Assembly: GCA_900547945.1 (NCBI GenBank)
Contig: URIT01000001.1
Coordinates: 25,758-89,757, forward strand
DNA length: 64,000 nucleotides
DNA from: an uncultured bacterium
GTDB taxonomy: Bacteria; Verrucomicrobiota; Kiritimatiellia; RFP12; UBA1067
Direction of reading: 5' to 3'
The notes under the pieces are model-generated. The model saw only the letters and a list, made by a program, of their open reading frames with translations, was not told the origin of the DNA and ran no database searches. Of this stretch, positions 57,186 through 64,000 are shown piece after piece. Position 1 is the stretch's first letter, and the number at the start of each line of letters is the position of its first letter. The position numbers were made by a program, and so were the translations under genes.

Positions 57186-59816
57186 TCAGTTGCTCCTTTT
57201 GTCTTTGTTTACGAAGGGGGTGTTGGACGGCATGCGGAAGTCGCAGTTGACGAACTCGACGCCCGTGCAGTCGTCCTGCACGACGGGGTCGCGCTCCTCG
57301 CGCAGGCCCGCGAAGCGCAGCTTCACGTTCTCGAAGCGGATGCCGTCCGCATGCCGCAGGTAGAACCCGTAGGCGGGCAGCGGCAGCTTGGCGAACATGC
57401 GGTTTTCGGGGTAGGCCTTCTCGACCTCTGGGACACGCTTCGTCGCCTCCTCCGCCGTGCAGCCGCCCTTCACCGTGAAATCGAGGTTGCGCAGCGTGAG
57501 GTTCTGCACGCGCAGACCCGGCACGCCCGTGATCGAGCTTGCGATGAAGCTCGCCGTCGAACGGCACGTGACGTTCTCGATCACGCAGTTCTTCAGTTCC
57601 GCCCGCGCGCCGGAGGGGTGGACGTTCCGCCGTCCGAGCCGCACGAAGACCGGGGTCTGCATGCCGCCCTCCATGACGATGTCGTGGACGCGGATGTTCT
57701 CCATCACGCCGCCGTCCACCATTTCAAGCGCAATGCCGGCAAGCCCCGTGATGGGATCCGTGACACCGGGCAGCCGATGCTGCCACTTGCGCAAATTGGA
57801 CCGGCTGGCCGGCACGAGCGTGCAGTGGTGGATGCGGCAGTTGCGGAAGCCGCCCCGGCTCGACGTGCCGAACTTGATGAAGTTGCAGTTGGAGGCGAGG
57901 CGGCAGTTGCGCACCTCGATGTTCTCGGGGACGAAGTTCGGGTTGTCGCTCTTCGGGCAGATCGCGTCGTCGTCCGAATCGACCGTACAATCCTCGATCA
58001 GGACGTTCTTTGAATCGATGTCGAACCCGTCGTTGTTGTAGTTCGCGTGGCTGAAGATCGTCACCTTCCGCGCGAGAACGCCGTCGCACTCCTTGAAGTA
58101 GCACGTCCAGCTCGCCGGGTTCGTCAGCGTCACCCCCTCCACGCGCACGTCGATGCAACGGAAGAAGAAGCAGCATTTCCAGCGGTTCGGCGCGCCGTCG
58201 CGGACGGGCGCCGCCCAGCCGCGCCCGTCCACGGTCCCCTCGCCCTCCAGGGCGACGTGCCGCGCCTTGACGGCGCCGACGACGGCCTTGTGCCCCGCGT
58301 AGTCGAGGTGGTTCGTACTCCCCAGCAGCGTCGCGCCTTTCGCGAGGTGCAGCGTCACGCGGTCCTTCAGGAAGATGCCGCCCGTGAGGTAGGTTCCGGC
58401 GGGCAGGACCAGCTTGCCGCCCCCGGCGGACGACAGGTCGTCGATGGCCTTCTGGAGGGCCGCCGTGACGGGCGTCGCGCCGTCCTTCGGCAGGTCCAGC
58501 GTGACGGTGGCGGCACGCGCCCGTCCGTCGTTCCGCACCCAGTCGCCGAGCGCCTGGTAGAACGTCCCAAAGCAGCCGTGCCCCATGCCGATGCCGTGGA
58601 CGATGCCCTTGTCCTTCACGGGAATCGCGTTGTAGGCGGCATAGACGGCGCTGGGCGCGCAGGTCGTGTCGGCGAACCCGACGGCGACGCGCACGGGGCA
58701 GCGGATGCGCGCGGCGAAGTTGGCCCCGTCGAAGTAGGGGGCGAAGGTCTCGGCGGCCGCGCGCTTCGCGGGTGTGGCGGAATTGTGTTCGACGATTTGC
58801 GGCCAGCCGCTCTGCCGCCCCTTCAGGTAGCCCATCGTGTCCGTGATCGCGGGCACGTAGAACGCCGCGCGCGTGAAGGCGTGGTTGAGTCCCGTGAGGT
58901 AGAAGCCGAAGCCGCCGCCCTGGGAGGTTCCCTGGTAGCGCACGCGCGTGCGGTCAACGTCGGGGCGCGCCACCACCCAGTCGACGGCGCGGTCGATGCC
59001 GAGCAGCACCGGGTAGAAGAAGTACGCCTCGCGGCTCTCGGAAATGCCGCTCTCCGCGTAGCCGGTGCCGTACTTCGCCCGGCATGCGGCGTTCATCGCG
59101 TCGTATTTCGCCTTGAGGCCGTTCTTCTCCCAGTCCCAGTGCGGCTCGAAGGGGTAGACGGAGAAGAAGACCGAAATCGCGTCCTGTTGCCCCTGCATGT
59201 TGTTCGTCCAGCCGCCGAAGCCCGCCGCCGCGACCTGGAAATCGACGGGGTAGGGCGCGCGGGCCTTGTCCGTCGGCACGCTCATGTAGCCGTAGACGCG
59301 CCGTCCGAACGTCGCGAAGGAGATGCGGAAGAAGTCGAAGTCCTTCGTGCAGCGTTCCGGTACACGGACGACCTGCGCGTCGAGCGGCACCTCCCGCGCG
59401 AGCTTCGTCCGTGCGTCCGCCCAGAACGCATCGAAGTCGTCCGGCGAGGGCGACCCCTTCTCCAGCTTCTCCGGCTCGTAGCCGACGCCGAAAACCTGGT
59501 TTTTGCAGCCCTTTCCCGCGAGGCAGAGGCGGAGAAAGCCCGGCTCGGTGAGCGTGCCGGCCACCGTGAACGGATTCTCCCGCGCGAGGTCGACGGACCG
59601 CTTCTCGAACTTCTTCGGGCCGAAGTTGTCGAGCGACGCCGTGACCGTCCCCGCCTTCACGGGCACGCCGTTCGAGTCCACCGCCGTCACCGTGAACGTC
59701 GCCCGCTCGCCGCAGGCGTAGAGGCAGGTTTCCCGATCCGCCTGGATCTTGAACGTCGTCTGCGCGAAGGCCAGCGCCCCCGCGAGCAGCATCATGCCGA
59801 ATATCCGTTTCTTCAT
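57186..59816 (-). CDS. secreted bifunctional CE7-like acetyl esterase (AXE1) / GH28 polygalacturonase-like beta-helix hydrolase
   Basis: N-terminal half: RYQGTSQGGGFG (GxSxG nucleophile) and AXE1-like FDAFWAD. C-terminal half: GFDIDSKNVLIEDCTVDSDDDAICPKS, NCRIHHC (GH28 signatures). 876 aa. Confidence 0.65.
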   Translation of the reverse strand: MKKRIFGMMLLAGALAFAQTTFKIQADRETCLYACGERATFTVTAVDSNGVPVKAGTVTASLDNFGPKKFEKRSVDLARENPFTVAGTLTEPGFLRLCLAGKGCKNQVFGVGYEPEKLEKGSPSPDDFDAFWADARTKLAREVPLDAQVVRVPERCTKDFDFFRISFATFGRRVYGYMSVPTDKARAPYPVDFQVAAAGFGGWTNNMQGQQDAISVFFSVYPFEPHWDWEKNGLKAKYDAMNAACRAKYGTGYAESGISESREAYFFYPVLLGIDRAVDWVVARPDVDRTRVRYQGTSQGGGFGFYLTGLNHAFTRAAFYVPAITDTMGYLKGRQSGWPQIVEHNSATPAKRAAAETFAPYFDGANFAARIRCPVRVAVGFADTTCAPSAVYAAYNAIPVKDKGIVHGIGMGHGCFGTFYQALGDWVRNDGRARAATVTLDLPKDGATPVTAALQKAIDDLSSAGGGKLVLPAGTYLTGGIFLKDRVTLHLAKGATLLGSTNHLDYAGHKAVVGAVKARHVALEGEGTVDGRGWAAPVRDGAPNRWKCCFFFRCIDVRVEGVTLTNPASWTCYFKECDGVLARKVTIFSHANYNNDGFDIDSKNVLIEDCTVDSDDDAICPKSDNPNFVPENIEVRNCRLASNCNFIKFGTSSRGGFRNCRIHHCTLVPASRSNLRKWQHRLPGVTDPITGLAGIALEMVDGGVMENIRVHDIVMEGGMQTPVFVRLGRRNVHPSGARAELKNCVIENVTCRSTASFIASSITGVPGLRVQNLTLRNLDFTVKGGCTAEEATKRVPEVEKAYPENRMFAKLPLPAYGFYLRHADGIRFENVKLRFAGLREERDPVVQDDCTGVEFVNCDFRMPSNTPFVNKDKRSN

Positions 59817-59829
59817 AAGGCTCTCCTGA

Positions 59830-62800
59830 TTAACGCGACGGAGCGCGTCCCTCCCAGGTTACGTGATTCATCCCCGCTGGGAGGCGGCGTGGGGGCTGAC
59901 CGGGGAGGGACAGCTGGGCCTCCGTGTAGGGCGGAACGAGGATGTCGAGTTCAAGGGTCGTGCCCTTCCGCGTCCATTCGACCCCGACGCGCCCACGCGG
60001 CGTGTCGAGATGGGCCGCCACGCGCCCGAGCGCCGCCGGGAAGGACGGGCGGATCTCGACGGCGGCGAATCCGGGCCGCGCGGCGCGGATGCCCGCAAGG
60101 CGCGTCATGAGCGTGTGGAGCGCGCCCGAGAACATGGCGTGGTTGTGGGAGTTCATGCCGCCCTTGAACGACCACTGCTCCCAGAGCGTCGTCGCGCCGC
60201 GCGCGAACATGTAGCCGAAGCCGGGGTATTCCGGCTGCGTCATGAGCCGCACGAAGAGGTCCGCCTCGCCGAGGTCGCAGAGGACGTCGCCAAGGTGGCG
60301 CATCCCGAAGATGCCCGCGTTGACCCGCCCCCTGTCCTCCTCGCGGACGGTCCGGACGAGCCGCGCCGCGACGGCCGCGCGCGACGCCTCCGGCACGAGG
60401 CCGAACGCGAGCGGCAGCGCCGTCGTCGTCTGCGAGCCGTCGCCGTAGGTCTTCGTGCCGTCGTGGAAGAACGCCGTGTGGAAGGCGGCCTTTGCGCGGG
60501 CGTGGAGCGCGTGGTAGCGCGCCGCCTCGTCCGCCTTTCCGAGTGCCGCCGCCGTCTCCGCCACGATGCGGCACATCTCGCAGAAGAGCGCGGTGTTGAC
60601 GAGCGCCACGTCGTTGAAGTACCCTTTCCAGGTGCCGTCGTTCGGCGCGCACCAGTCGCCGAAGCCGTCGGGGCAGACGAGGCCCGGCCACTTCTTCACG
60701 TCGCCGTCCACCTGGCGCCGCATGCCGTCGTAGCGTTCGGCGAGGACGCGCACGTCGCCGGTCGCCCGGTAGAGGCGCCAGGGCAGCACGACGGAATCGC
60801 CCGTCCAGTCCGGGTTGCCGTCCCCCACGCCGATGTCGTCGAGCCACTTCGCGTAGTAGCGCCCCAGCTCGAACCAGCTCAGCGCGGCCTCCTCGTAGGC
60901 CTGGGAGTCCATCTGGCAGGGCGTGCGCTCGTCGCGCATGCAGCAGTCCGTCGGGAAGCTCATGAAGTTGCTGCGCATGGACCAGTTGGCGGCGTTGACG
61001 TATTGGTTCAGCGTGTCGTCGTCGCAGGCGAACGCGCCGATCGGCTCGACGTCGGCATGGACGGCCCAGGCGGTGAGGTCATCCGCCGTCGGCGTCCCCG
61101 GCCAGCCCGTGATCTCCGCGAACTGGAAGCCGTGGTAGGTGAAGCGCGGCGTGAACGTCTCGGGCGCCCCCGTCCCGGCGAGGACGAAGGTGTCCGTCGA
61201 TGCCGCCTGGCGGTTCGTCCACGGGTCGATGTTGCCGTCCTCGCCCAGAAGCTCGCTCGTGCGGAGGCGGATCTTCGTACCCCGCGGGCCCTGCGCGCGG
61301 ACCTGCACGAACCCGGCGCGGTTCTGCCCGAAGTCGGCGACGAAGACGCCGGGACGCGTCTCGGCGATGCGCACGGGCCTGCGGGGGTCGAGCATCCGCA
61401 CGGGCGGCGCGTCGTTCGCGACGAGGCGCGGCGCGTCCGCGCGCGGCCACACGTGGACGGCGTGCCAGCCGTTCGTCGCGCCGGCGGGTGTACACCAGGC
61501 GGGGTCCGCGCGCGCCGCGTCGATCGTCTCGCCGTGGTAGAGGCTCGCGCGCACGACCTCGCTCGCCTGCGTCATCTCCCACGCGCCGTCCGTCACGACT
61601 ACGTCGCGCGTGCCGTCCGCGTAGGTCACGGCGAGGTGCAGGATCGCCCGCCGGGGCTTGAGCCAGTGCCAGCCATAGCGCGAGACGTCGTCCGAATACC
61701 CCGCCGCCAGCCAGAAGCCGACGGTGTTCGCGGCGCCGGGCTTCAGGAGGCGCGTGACGTCGTAGGTGTCGAAGAGCGCCGCGCGGCCGCCTGTCATGCC
61801 GGGGGCGAGGACGCGCCGGGGATCGGCCTTCTCGCCGTTGAGCCAGAGTTCGTAGAAGCCGAAGCCGCACGCCGAGGCGAGCGCGGCGACGACGGGCTTG
61901 TCCCGCAGGGCGAACGTGCGGCGCAGACGCGGCGCGTTCTTCGGCAGGATGCCGGGGTGCAGGAGGGTCGTGCCCGCGAGGTGGAGGCGGCCGTTCGCGA
62001 GCGGGGGGTTGCGGAAGGCGGGCATGAGGTGGCCGCGGAAGCGGTCGTGGAGCCACGGGGCGCCGTCCGGCCCCGTCACGGCGACGTCCGAGACGAAGGC
62101 CTCCTCGCCCGCCGACGTCCGCACGCCGACCGTGCCGGCGGCGAACGTGGCGTCCGTGCAGGCGTGGACGGGCACGCCGTCGAGAAGCGTGCGGATCGCG
62201 GGGCCGCGCACCTCGACGCGCAGGACGTGTTCCTTCGTCCAGTCAAGCCCCTGGGGGAAGAAGCGCCCGAGCTTCACGGGCGGCAGCAGGCGCAGCTTGC
62301 CGTCCCCGAGCAGGAGGTGCGGGCGCAGCAGCGGCTCGCGGTCCAGCTTCGTGTTGATCTGCCACAGGTAGCCGGTCTGCGCGTCACGGGCGCGGAAGAG
62401 GAGGCCGAACGCATCCCGGACGAGCGTGAACGTCGCCTGGTAGTCGAAGTCCGTCCACGCCACGGGAACGGCGGGCTCGCCGATCCACTGCGCGCCCGCC
62501 CAGTCGGCGTCCGTCTGCAGGCCGACCGAAAACCGCTGCGGCGCGCACCAGTCCGTCGCCCCCACGAGGCGCGCCTGCCACCGGTAGACGACGCCGGGCG
62601 CAAGCGGCGGGCCGTCGTAGAGACGGGCGAAGAGGTCGCCGCCGCGGCCTTGCCACACCGTCCCCGCGTCGGTGAACACCTTCACCTCGGCGGCGGCGGG
62701 GCGCGTGGCGGGTTCGTCGCCCGCGAGCGCCCACGAGAAGCGCGGCTGCGTGCGGACGAGCCCCAGGGGATCGCGCAGGCCCTCGCAGCGCGGCGCGGCG

Positions 62801-62880
62801 AGGGCGAGGGGGCGGGCGGACGGGGCGGCGGGCGACGTGTGCGCCAGGCCGACGAGGGCGAGCAGGGGCAGGAGGTTCAT
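59830..62880 (-). CDS. secreted alpha-L-rhamnosidase (GH78)
   Basis: Signal peptide MNLLPLLALVGLAHTSPAAP. PTDCCMRDERTPCQMDSQ (cf. GH78 PTDCPQRDERLGWTGD). (alpha/alpha)6 C-terminal region. Last 8 codons WEGRAPSR encoded by a REP-like half element. Confidence 0.75.
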   Translation of the reverse strand: MNLLPLLALVGLAHTSPAAPSARPLALAAPRCEGLRDPLGLVRTQPRFSWALAGDEPATRPAAAEVKVFTDAGTVWQGRGGDLFARLYDGPPLAPGVVYRWQARLVGATDWCAPQRFSVGLQTDADWAGAQWIGEPAVPVAWTDFDYQATFTLVRDAFGLLFRARDAQTGYLWQINTKLDREPLLRPHLLLGDGKLRLLPPVKLGRFFPQGLDWTKEHVLRVEVRGPAIRTLLDGVPVHACTDATFAAGTVGVRTSAGEEAFVSDVAVTGPDGAPWLHDRFRGHLMPAFRNPPLANGRLHLAGTTLLHPGILPKNAPRLRRTFALRDKPVVAALASACGFGFYELWLNGEKADPRRVLAPGMTGGRAALFDTYDVTRLLKPGAANTVGFWLAAGYSDDVSRYGWHWLKPRRAILHLAVTYADGTRDVVVTDGAWEMTQASEVVRASLYHGETIDAARADPAWCTPAGATNGWHAVHVWPRADAPRLVANDAPPVRMLDPRRPVRIAETRPGVFVADFGQNRAGFVQVRAQGPRGTKIRLRTSELLGEDGNIDPWTNRQAASTDTFVLAGTGAPETFTPRFTYHGFQFAEITGWPGTPTADDLTAWAVHADVEPIGAFACDDDTLNQYVNAANWSMRSNFMSFPTDCCMRDERTPCQMDSQAYEEAALSWFELGRYYAKWLDDIGVGDGNPDWTGDSVVLPWRLYRATGDVRVLAERYDGMRRQVDGDVKKWPGLVCPDGFGDWCAPNDGTWKGYFNDVALVNTALFCEMCRIVAETAAALGKADEAARYHALHARAKAAFHTAFFHDGTKTYGDGSQTTTALPLAFGLVPEASRAAVAARLVRTVREEDRGRVNAGIFGMRHLGDVLCDLGEADLFVRLMTQPEYPGFGYMFARGATTLWEQWSFKGGMNSHNHAMFSGALHTLMTRLAGIRAARPGFAAVEIRPSFPAALGRVAAHLDTPRGRVGVEWTRKGTTLELDILVPPYTEAQLSLPGQPPRRLPAGMNHVTWEGRAPSR

Positions 62881-63395
62881 GGCTGTGCGTTGCCTTCTTC
62901 CCGCGCGGCGTCCTTTTCGGCGCGTCGGCGGCGGAAGAAGTCGACGAGGACCGCGCGGCACGGCTCTTCGAGGACGCCCGTCACCACGGCGGGATGGTGG
63001 TTGATACCGGGGTGGTTGAAGATGTTGAACGCGGTGCCGCCGCCGCGCTTGGGGTCGGAGAGGCCCCAGACGACGGCGTCGACGCGGGCGAGGACGATCG
63101 CGCCCGCGCACATCGGGCACGGCTCCTTCGTCACGTAGAGGCGCGTCCCCGTGAGACGCCAGCTGCCCTTCGCCGCGAAGGCCGCCGAGAGGGCGAGCAT
63201 CTCCGCGTGCGCCGTCGCGTCGGCGAGCATCTCCGTCTGGTTGTGGGCGCGGCCGAGGATGCGGGCGGCGGCGGGCGGGGCGGCGGGGGCCTCGACGATC
63301 ACGCAGCCCGTGGGCACCTCGCCGTCCGACGCCGCCTTCTCGGCCTCGCGGAGCGCCATGCGCATGAAGTGTTCGTCGAAGGATGCGTCGACCAT
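62877..63395 (-). CDS. tadA: tRNA adenosine(34) deaminase
   Basis: HAEMLAL (zinc His/Glu), PCPMCAGA (zinc Cys). 172 aa. 4-nt overlap with the downstream gene. Confidence 0.85.
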   Translation of the reverse strand: MVDASFDEHFMRMALREAEKAASDGEVPTGCVIVEAPAAPPAAARILGRAHNQTEMLADATAHAEMLALSAAFAAKGSWRLTGTRLYVTKEPCPMCAGAIVLARVDAVVWGLSDPKRGGGTAFNIFNHPGINHHPAVVTGVLEEPCRAVLVDFFRRRRAEKDAAREEGNAQP

Positions 63396-63405
63396 GGCGA
63401 CCGCC

Positions 63406-64000
63406 TCAGACCGCGAGTTCGACGCGCTTGATGACCTGGTCCTGGTAGGGCTTGTCGAGTTCGACGAAATAGCCGCTCCAGCCCCACACGCGCACGATGA
63501 GGTGGCGGTGGAGGTCGGGATGCTTCTGGGCGTCGACGAGCGTGTCGCGGTTGATCGCGTTGATCTGCAGCTGGTGTCCGCCGCGGTCCACGAAGAACTT
63601 CACGAGCTGGGCGACCTTCTCCACGCCGTCCGGCTCGCGGAAGGCGCTGTCGTGGACCTCGATGGTAAGCGGGCCGCCGTTGCAGACGCGCCCGAGGTCG
63701 GGCGTCGTGAAGGAGCGGATGACGCTGAGCGGACCCTTCACGGGGACGTCGAGGGACGGCGCGTAGTTCGCGCTGAACGGGTGTCCCTTCAGGCGGCCGT
63801 CCGCCGAGGCGGGCAGCTCGTTCGCGTGCCAGATATAGTACATCGCCGACCCGGTGCCCGGACGGTAGATGCCGCCCCGGTCGTTCTTCCGCCCCGCGAG
63901 CGCGTCCGCCCACGTCGCGACGAGCCACGCCGCGAGCGCGTCGACGGAGGCGTCGGCGTTTCCCATCTTGGGCGCCTGGCGGGCGGCGGCGAGCAGGTCG
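63406..64000 (-). CDS. glycyl radical enzyme (PFL-like) C-terminal part; gene continues beyond window end
   Basis: GGHQLQINAINRDTLVDAQKHPDLHRHLIVRVWGWSGYFVELDKPYQDQVIKRV aligns with PFL [54 protein letters not shown] (glycyl-radical loop). Confidence 0.65.
   Translation of the reverse strand, partial: DLLAAARQAPKMGNADASVDALAAWLVATWADALAGRKNDRGGIYRPGTGSAMYYIWHANELPASADGRLKGHPFSANYAPSLDVPVKGPLSVIRSFTTPDLGRVCNGGPLTIEVHDSAFREPDGVEKVAQLVKFFVDRGGHQLQINAINRDTLVDAQKHPDLHRHLIVRVWGWSGYFVELDKPYQDQVIKRVELAV

Overview
High-GC (about 70%) bacterial chromosomal segment, probably from a PVC-group organism (Verrucomicrobia/Kiritimatiellae-like). This guess rests on the many secreted glycoside hydrolases, the FGE-sulfatase-domain proteins and the PATR/LamG surface proteins. 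Content from start to end: two paralogous small lipoproteins; a 1265-aa PATR/LamG surface protein; a complete four-gene Wadjet (JetABCD / MksBEFG-like) anti-plasmid defence operon with translationally coupled genes and an extended -10 promoter; a truncated Vsr (very-short-patch-repair endonuclease) remnant immediately 3' of jetD; a GH78-like hydrolase; an FtsB-like protein; an HExxH membrane protein; HemW; an LRR lipoprotein; a MATE transporter; fabD-fabG-acpP followed by ruvB; three secreted putative glycosidases (two are paralogs, GH5/clan-A-like); a solitary V-type ATPase B subunit; etfBA; an LpxL-like acyltransferase; a GH36/27-like alpha-galactosidase; a TAT-exported Gfo/Idh/MocA oxidoreductase; a tandem array of three paralogous secreted proteins (first copy frameshifted with a poly-G(10) tract upstream, the next two carrying FGE-sulfatase domains); a second 1067-aa PATR surface protein; rarA; a proline-rich membrane protein; an NYN protein; ilvA; tRNA-His; aspS; a CPBP protease; a radical-SAM methylthiotransferase; a roughly 1.9-kb low-GC degraded foreign islet (integrase fragment, shattered single-chain R-M enzyme fragments, PIN toxin pair); tandem DUF1080 domains; a CE7-esterase/GH28 fusion; a GH78 rhamnosidase; tadA; and the 3' end of a glycyl-radical enzyme. 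The most distinctive non-genic signal is a dispersed family of at least 19 REP/BIME-like palindromic elements (core GCGGACGCGACAAGCGCGTCCCTCCC). They sit at convergent gene ends and have also been captured into coding sequence. No CRISPR array, rRNA or intact transposase was seen.
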